Virus record (IMG/VR): IMGVR_UViG_3300037722_001090
DNA: 64,000 nt
Origin: a virus
Taxonomy: Duplodnaviria > Caudoviricetes
Direction: 5' to 3' (one strand)
Part shown: piece by piece, positions 28,503 to 38,039 of the stretch
Layout of the letters: each line of letters opens with the position of its first letter
How positions within the stretch are numbered: the first letter of the stretch is position 1
Position numbers and translations under genes: made by a program
The notes under the pieces: model-generated
What the model was told of the DNA's origin: nothing
Seen by the model: the letters and a program-made list of their open reading frames with translations, nothing else
Database searches by the model: none

Positions 28503-28730
28503 TTGAGAGGGATTATTTAATAGCAGCAACCCATAGTACGTCGACTATGAGTTAGTTTTTGCTAGAAATCAAGAAATAATATAGGTCTTGACCAGCGCTT
28601 ACGACTTATTTGGTTACCTATTTCACAAACAAGAAGCGAGGACCACGTACACATACGGATAAGTTGGAAATCTTATCTAAAGGTTGCCTGCATCGTCATT
28701 AGAAGTAACTGCTATACTCGCCACTCTCAA
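28503..28730 (-). ncRNA. long Y-RNA-like element
   Basis: TTGAGAG/CTCTCAA and ATAGCAG/CTGCTAT stems with the TGGCG..TTACTTC motif shared with elements at 62-64 kb. Confidence 0.55.
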
Positions 28731-28734
28731 AACT

Positions 28735-29232
28735 TTAAACTAATGTAACATATCTATCTGAGCCAAAGCTTTTAAGTTCTTCAGCATCAGGTCTTTGAAT
28801 CTGTGTATACATACGACGAATAACATCTTCAGGCACTTTACGTTCACGACCTTTTTGTCGCTCAAGGCATACCTCAGGACTTACATCAAAATAACTAATA
28901 TGAAAGTGACACTCTACGCCAACTTCTTTTGCAAACTTCCAATACTGGCTACGCATTTTCTTAGTCAATGAAGTATTGTCTATAAAAATCATACTATGCT
29001 TAATTTCATTAGACACAAGATATTCCTTATATCTAGCATGATGTATTTTAAACACTTCATTATTACGATCTTGACAAGTAGCATCACCAGTAAGTTCTTC
29101 ACGAATCATATCTGCATTTAAGCGAATACACTGATCTTCACCAAAAGAGTCAATTAATTTTTTTACATGAGTACTTTTACCAGAAGAAGGTAATCCAATA
29201 GTAATAAATACGTATTTTTTTCTATTTGACAT
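28735..29232 (-). CDS. polynucleotide-kinase-like P-loop protein (AAA_33)
   Basis: GLPSSGKST, IDNT, R.R.VPEDVIRRM. Confidence 0.82.
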   Translation of the reverse strand: MSNRKKYVFITIGLPSSGKSTHVKKLIDSFGEDQCIRLNADMIREELTGDATCQDRNNEVFKIHHARYKEYLVSNEIKHSMIFIDNTSLTKKMRSQYWKFAKEVGVECHFHISYFDVSPEVCLERQKGRERKVPEDVIRRMYTQIQRPDAEELKSFGSDRYVTLV

Positions 29233-29950
29233 TACTTATAATCCCTTCAACAATATGACTCATCCATACATGATGAATTTTAAAGTTATGCTCTGACATA
29301 GTTCTGTTATTATAAAGAGTTGTACCATTTCTCCAGCAATCAGGATATTTATCCCAATCAATTCCTTTTTCAGAAAATAGCATTTCTTTAAGACTATTAC
29401 AGTTTACACCCTGTAATTCTTTATGGGAAAATACGGACTGTGCAGCCATTTGTACACTATTGCGCCACCAATCTTGCTGTCTCCATAGAAAGTAGTTATT
29501 AACTTCTTCCTTAGGCAAATTAAATGCACGACAATCAAAGTGAGCCGGAACAACATCATTTAAAGAAGGGCATTCTCCAAATCGCAAGGCAGCAAAGCGC
29601 ATAGTAAATGCTACAGAAGCAATAGCAGCAGCAACACTACACATCTTTTGAATGTTATAATTATACCAAGCTTCTGTTTCAAAGTTTTCATAGTCAGTAA
29701 TTAAAATAGAAATCTCATCAGATTGAGTATATGCAACTTTAGCTCCTTGAATATTATTCAAAAGAGCACGTGCTGCATAAGTCATTGCGTCATGTAAATG
29801 ATCATCAAATGGCTTATTACAACCACGAGTAAAAGTATGAAAAGCTTTTCCATCTAATCTTAAAATTACAGGAGTTCTTCTGGTAAGATAAGTACGAGAT
29901 CTTGTCTCATAATTATCCTTCATTCTATCACCTAAAGAATCATTCTTCAT
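29222..29950 (-). CDS. tRNA(His) guanylyltransferase Thg1-like
   Basis: LRLDGKAFHTFT, YTQSDEIS, FDCRAF, WRQQD..RNS. Confidence 0.92.
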   Translation of the reverse strand: MKNDSLGDRMKDNYETRSRTYLTRRTPVILRLDGKAFHTFTRGCNKPFDDHLHDAMTYAARALLNNIQGAKVAYTQSDEISILITDYENFETEAWYNYNIQKMCSVAAAIASVAFTMRFAALRFGECPSLNDVVPAHFDCRAFNLPKEEVNNYFLWRQQDWWRNSVQMAAQSVFSHKELQGVNCNSLKEMLFSEKGIDWDKYPDCWRNGTTLYNNRTMSEHNFKIHHVWMSHIVEGIISNVK

Positions 29951-30170
29951 TACTTATCCTAAGTTATCGCCACAGTTTTTACAATGCATATCAGGCTCTA
30001 GTCCATTCGTATTATAAAATACAGTACCAGCCGGATGACCTTTAATTCGGCATAAAATAACAGTAAACCAAGATACATCAGAGGATTTCATATCAAAAAG
30101 ATAATTCCACCATGACTTACTAAACCATTGTCTAACTACATAGTACACATTAACAATTCCATCTATCATA

Positions 30171-31187
30171 TCACTTATTCTCCGTACCGCTTTTACGTAG
30201 CGAATATCGCTCACTAATATACTTAAGTACAAGTCGTTTATTAAGCTCCATAGGAGTACGCTCTACTACAGGCTGAACAACAACACCCTCCATCATATGC
30301 TTAGCACCAGGCCACACAGAATCAACAAGATTAAATTGCTCAACAATAGACTTACTATAAGGCCCACGATATAGTACAGTAGCCATTTTGATTTTATATT
30401 TATTGCAAAGATCTTGGAATTCATTATAGTTCAGATAACGTCCATCTACCTTAGCAGCAAAAATAGCATATTGAATCTTGCCTCTTTCGCACCCATACTT
30501 TAAATCTTGAACTCCAACAATCTCACCAATCAAATGCACTTTATCATGAATGGCAGTAAGTTCAGGAAACTCTTTTATAACACGAACATATACATTACCA
30601 GAATTCTCTTCATTATCTTTCATCCAGTTATTATGTGAACCAGAAAAGATAACATTATCCTTATTCATAACACAAAAGTTAGTGCCATGAAGCTTCTCAG
30701 TAATAACAATTTCTTCACCATCGACTAGCAAATTATTATACTTTTTAAAATGCTCAGGTGAATCAAAAGCTTCCTGTAAACCAATTGGGCGTAAGACTTG
30801 TCCTGCCATTTCAACCGGGATTACAGGTTCATATTTAGTTACACCAAAGATACCAGTAACTTCAGCTCCACGCTTAGGAGTTTCTGAAATATCTTTAGGC
30901 CAATATTCGCTAACAGGGATGAGTAGACCTTCAGAAAAAATACCCCTAAGTCTAGCAGCTCTAATTCTGCCACTATAGAAACTTTTAATTCCAAATTCTT
31001 CTACCCATTTATCTGGAAGAACAGAATCTACTGGAAAGTAGAAAGCTAGATCACCAGGCGTATAATTACCTTTTTGAGAAATGCATACATAGTCCATACC
31101 GACAATCTTAATAATATCAAGACGATCAGCATTTGGATGATCTAGTACATCGGCAATCTCAACTACATCAACTCTTAGTTCCGCCAT
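30171..31187 (-). CDS. RNA ligase, DRB0094 family
   Basis: HPNADRL N-terminal module, TEKLHGTN, GEIVG, EGVV, LKYIS. Confidence 0.88.
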   Translation of the reverse strand: MAELRVDVVEIADVLDHPNADRLDIIKIVGMDYVCISQKGNYTPGDLAFYFPVDSVLPDKWVEEFGIKSFYSGRIRAARLRGIFSEGLLIPVSEYWPKDISETPKRGAEVTGIFGVTKYEPVIPVEMAGQVLRPIGLQEAFDSPEHFKKYNNLLVDGEEIVITEKLHGTNFCVMNKDNVIFSGSHNNWMKDNEENSGNVYVRVIKEFPELTAIHDKVHLIGEIVGVQDLKYGCERGKIQYAIFAAKVDGRYLNYNEFQDLCNKYKIKMATVLYRGPYSKSIVEQFNLVDSVWPGAKHMMEGVVVQPVVERTPMELNKRLVLKYISERYSLRKSGTENK

Positions 31188-31188
31188 T

Positions 31189-31776
31189 CTAAAGTCCCAT
31201 TTCAGTCAATTTATTATCAGCATTAACAAACTCTTTTACTTTAATATATAGTTCAGCATCATCACTAGCAAAGAAAACTTCATTAGGATTGAAATGCTGA
31301 TTATAACTATACTTAATAGTAAAGCAATTAATACCTTTATCAAGAGCTTTCTGTATACTCTTAGGAGAATCATCTATAAATAGCATGACCTCGTATTTAT
31401 CAAATAAAGTTTCTTTACCTTTTTCTGCAATAAACAAATCATCAAATGGAATATTATTCTGACTCAACCACCTTACAGTAGCTCCACACGTATCTTCGTG
31501 TCTATGAGAAGCAATAATGACATACCATCCTTCTGAGCGAAGAAAACGAACCATCGCAGATGCATGAGCAAATGGCTTATATTTATACTGTTCCATATGA
31601 ACTGCTTTTGCAGCCTTAAGTGCTTCTTCTATTGTCATGTGGCTCAAGAAGAAATCCCAATCACCATTAGTGCCGGGTTGAGGACATTCAGGATGAATCT
31701 TTTTAAGTTCATCCCACCAAGGAGGATCTAGTGCCCATAGTGTCGCATCTATATCGACAATAGCTACTCTTTTCAT
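31189..31776 (-). CDS. HAD-family 5'-nucleotidase/phosphatase
   Basis: VDIDATL, FIDDSP. Confidence 0.75.
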   Translation of the reverse strand: MKRVAIVDIDATLWALDPPWWDELKKIHPECPQPGTNGDWDFFLSHMTIEEALKAAKAVHMEQYKYKPFAHASAMVRFLRSEGWYVIIASHRHEDTCGATVRWLSQNNIPFDDLFIAEKGKETLFDKYEVMLFIDDSPKSIQKALDKGINCFTIKYSYNQHFNPNEVFFASDDAELYIKVKEFVNADNKLTEMGL

Positions 31777-31985
31777 GGCGCAATTCCTTTTTGGAATTTG
31801 ATATCGGAAAGATTTACCTTAAGCATCTTAGCGATGTCTTCAAGATAATACTGCTTATGATGAGCACCATCAGCTTCTAATCCATCCAATAATGCATTTT
31901 CGATCTTATCAGCAAGATCAGGTGTAAGCATTTTTAACATATTTTCTCCAAAAAATAGCAAAGCCCCTATTTCTAGGGGCAAATA

Positions 31986-32702
31986 CTACATCCATTGTTT
32001 ATCTTTTCGGCTACGTTTCCATCCGCGACCTTTACTGTTATGATAATGTATACAGTCCCAATCAGTATAGGCCATTTCTACAAACTTAGCACGACTGCGA
32101 TTATATTTAATATTCATACCATAAAAATCTTCGTCGCATTCAAGGTCATTTATAAAACCAATAGAAGACCTGGCTTCCATTCCAAATCCACCATGATCAC
32201 CATCATATTTATGCCAGTGACCATTACGTCGACCAGTACGAGTACCTGGCCGATAGTTGCGATAGCTGTAATTTTGCCATGTAGACTTATCATCAAGACG
32301 AATCTTTTGAGCATCTTTCCATAAATCTTTAGCATTAATAATACGACCTAATGAATCAGTTACCCTAAGTGTATGAGGCGTAAACTTAGGTTCAATCCAT
32401 ACGTGATAATACTCCATTTCATGGTCCCACGTATTATCTTCTTCATTGAATACAATTTTACCAGTAGGTCTTGTGCGACGATCCCAATGGCCTTTAAAGT
32501 AAATACCATCATTATCATTATGGCTATAATTTCTAGCAAATGACTTAAAGTCAGCATACAAGGATCTATCACTATAATACCACTCACGTCTTACGGGTTT
32601 TTCTGTAAACCAATACTGCTTAATATGCTTTAGTATTTCAACATAAGTACTTGTTTTCTTGTTTTTACAAATACCATATTTAACTTGTTCAATTTGTTTC
32701 AT
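31986..32702 (-). CDS. hypothetical protein
   Basis: 238 aa, GGAGG RBS, followed by a terminator hairpin near 31961-31981. Confidence 0.6.
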   Translation of the reverse strand: MKQIEQVKYGICKNKKTSTYVEILKHIKQYWFTEKPVRREWYYSDRSLYADFKSFARNYSHNDNDGIYFKGHWDRRTRPTGKIVFNEEDNTWDHEMEYYHVWIEPKFTPHTLRVTDSLGRIINAKDLWKDAQKIRLDDKSTWQNYSYRNYRPGTRTGRRNGHWHKYDGDHGGFGMEARSSIGFINDLECDEDFYGMNIKYNRSRAKFVEMAYTDWDCIHYHNSKGRGWKRSRKDKQWM

Positions 32703-32976
32703 AATTCCTCCAATAAGTTAGTATAAACCACACTTATTGTTTACTAATTATGAAACCTTTAATAAAATACATAGTAATCTCCTGAGAAATTATTTAGTCC
32801 ACCGAATCCATGCAATTTTAGCATTACGATATAGTCTTTTAATGGGATACTTACCCCAAAGTTCAGGGTTACATTTTACCATTTGATCAACATCCTTACG
32901 GATGCGTTTTACTCTTGTTCCGCGCATTTTATTTATACCTTTCAGTTATAGTATTTTATTTTAATGTATTTTTTAT

Positions 32977-33067
32977 TGGTGATCCGTAAAGGTGTCGATC
33001 CTTTCCGAGGGCTCTTATCTGGAGCTAAGAGTGTATAAAACTCTCCCGCACGCCGGTGCTACGGACC
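32977..33067 (-). tRNA. atypical tRNA, anticodon UAU, long variable arm
   Basis: GGTCCGT/ACGGATC acceptor, AGAGT-TTTATAC-ACTCT, T loop ATCGACA, CCA. Confidence 0.6.
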
Positions 33068-33068
33068 A

Positions 33069-33145
33069 TGGAGACGTGAGTCGGATTCGAACCGACGAAT
33101 AACAGCTTTGCAGGCTGCCCCCTTAAGCCACTTGGGTATCACGTC
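33069..33145 (-). tRNA. tRNA-Cys(GCA)
   Basis: cloverleaf, U73, CCA. Confidence 0.92.
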
Positions 33146-34009
33146 TTTTATTTCAGCTCCATGTTAATGCATCAGTCATTAACGGAGGATCAGTTTTCAT
33201 GCGATAAGCACTTATATGAGGAGTAACTTTCCCAGTTATATCATAATAAGATCCATTGATTTCCGTAATAACATGTCCTGGTGTGTCGTACCATGGATCA
33301 GCTTCCGGGAATATAGTCTTTAAAATCAAATAGAACTGAAAACACCTACCAGTTGTAAATGTTTCAACTGAATTATAAAACGAATTACGAATCGCATTAA
33401 TAACTTCTAGTGGGTCTGGTTTATATTCACTCATTTTATGTGGCAATCCTTAGCTCCACAACCTTCTTCAGATTGCAAGCGCATACCTTCTTCATCAAGG
33501 AGAGTAAGAGGTGCAAGTCGTCCATCAGAAAGAACTTCAAAGTAATTACCATGTTCAGGATGATCTGGACCAGGAACAAATAGTGTTATCTCACTATATG
33601 GATTAGTATTATCATCAAGGATCCAAGGAGCATAAGGATAAATAAACTTCATACCAATACCAGTTACAATAATCAAAGCAATAATAGCAAAGAAGTACTT
33701 CATACCATAAAGTTGCTCTTTAATATCTGACATATTACTTATCTCTACGTTTAGCATTTACTTTACGTCGATTTTTTTCTTTTGCACGATTCTTAGCTTT
33801 GCGCTTAGCCATCATAGATTGCTTGTTCATTTCCGTATTCATCATACGGATAAGTTTTTCATATTGTTCTTTAGTTAGCTGAGGAGTAGATTCTTCTGCA
33901 GCAACAACGGGAGTATGTTCAGTCATAATAAATCTCGAGTTATAAGTTAATGTAAATGTAGGTTCTAGTCCAATACAGCAATCATTATTACTATAATTAA
34001 TAGACATAA

Positions 34010-34585
34010 TTAATGTGCTGCTAGTCCATAAGCTGGACCAAATTCTTTATGTGCATTATCGTCCAGCTTCATGTGACATTTCATTGTAAGGGCAAGAAGA
34101 ACAATCATGTCTTCTTCTGAAACAGGAGTAAGATTACGAACATCAACACCTGCATTAACACAGTTATTCATCTTTTCGAACTGCTGATGTAGATGACCGC
34201 ACACCCAAGGAACACTAAGGTCAACAATACAGCAGCTAGGATCATGGGCAAGTCCGACTGGACCAATACTAGGTATATTAAGAAACAAATAACGCTGAAC
34301 ACTATCAAACCCTGCCCTGATATAATCAGACCAAGTATGTTCAGCATCATGATTCCCAAGGATTAACATGTGTCGCCCATTAAGTTGCTTAAGGATTAAT
34401 TCTACTCTTTCTAGGCTACCAAAACAAAAATCTCCAATATGATATACAGTATCGGAATTTTTTACAACAGAATTGTTATTATCTATTAATGCTTTGTTCA
34501 TTTGCATAACATTAGCAAAAGGCCTTTTAGCATATCTACGAATATTATCATGAAAATAATGCTCATCAGCTGTATAATAATTCAT
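34010..34585 (-). CDS. calcineurin-like metallophosphoesterase
   Basis: ADEH, IGD, GNHD, AH, GHLH. Confidence 0.88.
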   Translation of the reverse strand: MNYYTADEHYFHDNIRRYAKRPFANVMQMNKALIDNNNSVVKNSDTVYHIGDFCFGSLERVELILKQLNGRHMLILGNHDAEHTWSDYIRAGFDSVQRYLFLNIPSIGPVGLAHDPSCCIVDLSVPWVCGHLHQQFEKMNNCVNAGVDVRNLTPVSEEDMIVLLALTMKCHMKLDDNAHKEFGPAYGLAAH

Positions 34586-34625
34586 TTACCATCCATGTTT
34601 ATCATGACCAAAATTAATAGTCATG

Positions 34626-34635
34626 GTTATTAACA
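34626..34635 (+). promoter_or_regulatory. GTTATTAACA motif upstream of endonuclease gene
   Basis: exact copy, oriented with the plus-strand gene. Confidence 0.6.
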
Positions 34636-34665
34636 AGTATAAATACTATAAAAGGAGTATTATAC

Positions 34666-35346
34666 ATGTTTTATAATTATATATTTTTAGATCCTAGAAA
34701 GCCAGGTAAATATTTATATGAAAATTTTAGTCTTCTTTATGAACCATTTTATGTCGGAAAAGGCAAAAAAGATAGATATAAAACTCACTTACGCAAAATA
34801 AGGCAATTTCAAAAAGATTCAAATAAAGAAAAACAAAAAACTATTCTTGACATATGGTCCTCTAATTTAGAAGTATTAATTATCCTACTTAATTTTACAG
34901 ATAATGAAAAATTAGCATATAAAAACGAATCTAATATTATTAAAGATATAGGTTCATTATATAATGGAGGACCACTAACAAATTTAGTAGTTTCTTATCC
35001 ATTCAATGCTTCGCCAGAATTACGTAAAACATATGGAAGATCCGGAAACAAACATCATCTTTACAATAAAGGGCATTCAGAAGAAGCCAAAAAGAAAATA
35101 TCTGACAATCATGCTGATTTCTCAGGATCTAAAAATGGTAGAGCTAAAAAATGGAAACTAACTAGTCCAAATAAGATAGAACATATTATTTGTGGTGAAC
35201 TTATTGAGTTTTGTAGAGATAATAAGTTATCTATTTACAAGCTCAAAAAAAACATAGGCAATATAGTTACACAGCAAATAAGCTCCAGAAGAGTTAAGGT
35301 CAAGCCTATTGAACCAACCACAGGATGGAAACTAGATAGAATCTAG
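34666..35346 (+). CDS. GIY-YIG-like homing endonuclease with NUMOD3 motif
   Basis: YNYIFLDP...FYVGKG...R..H; HSEEAKKKIS. Confidence 0.8.
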   Translation: MFYNYIFLDPRKPGKYLYENFSLLYEPFYVGKGKKDRYKTHLRKIRQFQKDSNKEKQKTILDIWSSNLEVLIILLNFTDNEKLAYKNESNIIKDIGSLYNGGPLTNLVVSYPFNASPELRKTYGRSGNKHHLYNKGHSEEAKKKISDNHADFSGSKNGRAKKWKLTSPNKIEHIICGELIEFCRDNKLSIYKLKKNIGNIVTQQISSRRVKVKPIEPTTGWKLDRI

Positions 35347-35349
35347 CCA

Positions 35350-35868
35350 TTAGAAGTGATTCCTATTCGTAGGTAGTGACTGAACATGCTTTACTCTGTC
35401 TTTAGCAGCCTGTAGAACTGAAGTTAAGTCATTATATTGCTTAACTCCATAGCGCTCACAAACAATATCAACATTGCCTTTACGCCAAAATCCTTCAGGA
35501 CAACAAACCATAAGTTTATCAGCATGAGAATTAGCATAAAGACCAAGTTCTAATAGGCTGATAGGAGATTTAGTATCTTTATCAAAATACAATATAATAA
35601 TATCTGCCTTTTCAAGAGCAGTTAATTCCCAAGTAACCTGAGAAACAAATTCATTATTACTTTTATCTTGTTTCCAGCTAGAATCCCAATTATCACGTCG
35701 TGGGTTAAATATATTTATATTCTCATCACAAAAAAACTGTACAGCAATTCCTTGCCAGTATATTGCCGTGCCCATTTCAATAGATCCAGCCAAGAAAATA
35801 CTAAAAGTTCCACGAGAGCCATACTTTGGATAATCAGGCAAAGGCATTGGTGCTTTAAATTCTTTCAT
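35350..35868 (-). CDS. nucleoside 2-deoxyribosyltransferase-like protein
   Basis: IFLAGSI, NPRR..W, QV.WEL..LE.AD, SPISLLELG. Confidence 0.85.
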   Translation of the reverse strand: MKEFKAPMPLPDYPKYGSRGTFSIFLAGSIEMGTAIYWQGIAVQFFCDENINIFNPRRDNWDSSWKQDKSNNEFVSQVTWELTALEKADIIILYFDKDTKSPISLLELGLYANSHADKLMVCCPEGFWRKGNVDIVCERYGVKQYNDLTSVLQAAKDRVKHVQSLPTNRNHF

Positions 35869-36051
35869 AACTATACTTTCCTTACATTACGAGCAATGAA
35901 GACATTAGATGTTCCATCAGTCTCTAATACATGCCATCCTTGTGTATTTTTACAAAGATAGGTATAGGAACTCACCGTTGACCAATGAATCCCCATACCT
36001 ACAATCTCTGTACCCCAAATGACCCTATCGCCATATTTGAAGTCATCCATA

Positions 36052-36729
36052 TTAACGACTTAGTGCAGCTTTATATCCACGAACCTGCATTTCAGTAACA
36101 GTATAACCAGCAGCACGAAGCTCACTAGCTACCTGTGCGGACTTTTTACCTTGGCGAAGCTTATAATGGACAGCTTCTTTAAGGCTCATACTTCCAACTT
36201 TAATTGTAGCAGGTTTAACAGCAGGCTTAGTTGCAGCTTGAGTTACAGGAGCAGGCTTAAGAGATCCATTTGCCTTTACAATAGTAGCTTTTACTTTTTC
36301 AGAAAGCTCACGAGCTGCTTTTGCAATAACATCTTCAGTCTTTTCCGTTTTAGTTCCCCAGCAGTCATCATGATCGCTACATTCTGCACAATCAGGACCT
36401 TCTTCTAGTTCGTCACCGGACTCTTCATTTTCTACTTCTTTCGCTTCCGTAAGGAAGTATTCACGGAATACTGCACCATTAATATTTACATTACGGAAAG
36501 TAATATACATATCTTTACCGTCAATATCAGCAGTCATACCAGCAAACGTACAGATATTATATACATCTGACATTAGTTTACTAACGATTTCCTGAGTAGC
36601 ATAATACCCAGTTGTGCGAAGATAGTTTTTAACTTCAAGAGAAGTCACTTTCCCTGCATCAAGCATTGCCCAGTTCATGATAATTCCGACAACATCTGCA
36701 CTTACTACTTTTTTACCAATTGCGCTCAT
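36052..36729 (-). CDS. hypothetical protein
   Basis: 225 aa ORF. Confidence 0.6.
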   Translation of the reverse strand: MSAIGKKVVSADVVGIIMNWAMLDAGKVTSLEVKNYLRTTGYYATQEIVSKLMSDVYNICTFAGMTADIDGKDMYITFRNVNINGAVFREYFLTEAKEVENEESGDELEEGPDCAECSDHDDCWGTKTEKTEDVIAKAARELSEKVKATIVKANGSLKPAPVTQAATKPAVKPATIKVGSMSLKEAVHYKLRQGKKSAQVASELRAAGYTVTEMQVRGYKAALSR

Positions 36730-36734
36730 AGTTC

Positions 36735-37925
36735 TTATCCTTTTAATTGTATTAGAAATTTAATAGTACTTTGATCTTGATTATAGGTAATATATTCATT
36801 ATTGATTAAATCAACACCGCCTTTAGCAAATAGAGAATCATAATCTCCTTTTACTTTAAGCTGAGTTTCATTAAGGCTACCCATCCAAGATTCTCTTCTT
36901 TGGACATCTAGGCTATTGCCAAGATGAACGTCAAACAAAGCCATGATAGCTTCATCTGCACTGCCATTGGCCCAATATGAGCCTCTTCCAGATGTATATC
37001 CATATGATTTTCTTGCTTTATCGGCAAAATAAGTACCATATCCGAACATCTTACCAGAAATAACAGCATTTGTAGGTCTTAGAACAAGACCTGTTTCCAT
37101 AATAGATAGCCAGTTTTCATTACGGCTACCATGGAAAAACATTTCTGTTCTTTTATTTTTTGATTTAGCTACCCAATCATCAAATCGTTTTTGTGTTTTA
37201 TGATTTGTAATACTAAATGCATTATGGAACTTACCTTCAATATCTCCTAGTTTCCCACGAATAGCATTGCGATCAATATCACTAACATTTGACAAGCTTA
37301 GACCCATAGCATCAAGAATAGTTAATTTATCATCAACATTCTCACGCGTAAGTACCGCTTGTTTAACCTGAGAAGACATTGTATCGAGTAGTGCCTGCTC
37401 TCTTACTAGAAGAGGATTAAGTTTATCTGGAGAAAACTCTTTAAGTAGATAATCTTTTACATTACTCATTATGCGAGGAATAACCTGATAAAGATCAATA
37501 AGTAGCTTATTCGTCTCAGGTAAGTCATCAGCTTTCATTAAGGCATTCAGCAATGATTGAGCTTCCTCAACCTGTTTTTGCGTAACAGCACTTGCTGACA
37601 CATTATAAAATGCTGCAACCTCTTTACGTGCATATGCCTGTAGTCCAGCAATAAATCGACTAATAGCAATATCACTAATATCTTGAAAGTCAACTATTTC
37701 ACTAGTGTCTTCAATACATAGGTTAGTAATGTCTTTATATCCTTTAGCTATCTTCTCTCTATAAGTCTTTTCCCACCTACTATTAGGGTAAGTCTTTTTT
37801 TGACTACTAGCACCAACACGACCGAACTCAGCAAGGAAACTTCCATCTCCAGAGTCAGTCATATTATAATATTTATTATTATTTGCATCACCAGTAACCA
37901 TCATTAATTTAATCATTTTAGCCAT
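36735..37925 (-). CDS. PARP-family ADP-ribosyltransferase with WGR and regulatory domains
   Basis: NNNKYY...FGRVG (WGR); FHGSR, GKMFGYGTYFAD..KSYGY, NEYITY (H-Y-E triad). Confidence 0.9.
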   Translation of the reverse strand: MAKMIKLMMVTGDANNNKYYNMTDSGDGSFLAEFGRVGASSQKKTYPNSRWEKTYREKIAKGYKDITNLCIEDTSEIVDFQDISDIAISRFIAGLQAYARKEVAAFYNVSASAVTQKQVEEAQSLLNALMKADDLPETNKLLIDLYQVIPRIMSNVKDYLLKEFSPDKLNPLLVREQALLDTMSSQVKQAVLTRENVDDKLTILDAMGLSLSNVSDIDRNAIRGKLGDIEGKFHNAFSITNHKTQKRFDDWVAKSKNKRTEMFFHGSRNENWLSIMETGLVLRPTNAVISGKMFGYGTYFADKARKSYGYTSGRGSYWANGSADEAIMALFDVHLGNSLDVQRRESWMGSLNETQLKVKGDYDSLFAKGGVDLINNEYITYNQDQSTIKFLIQLKG

Positions 37926-37946
37926 ATATTTACCTTTAAAATAAGC

Positions 37947-38033
37947 TGGAGGAGAGTACTGGACTTGAACCAGTAGAGCTTTTAAGCCCCGACTGTTTAG
38001 CAAACAGCTTCCCTACCATTAGGCGAACTCTCC
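37947..38033 (-). tRNA. tRNA-Ser(GCT)
   Basis: cloverleaf with long variable arm, CCA. Confidence 0.88.
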
Positions 38034-38039
38034 ATTCCA

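Noticed and set aside
31773-32702. Readthrough fusion of 31986-32702 with the in-frame 31773-31982 ORF
   Set aside because: The intervening sequence is a terminator hairpin with a U tract, and the downstream gene has its own GGAG RBS.
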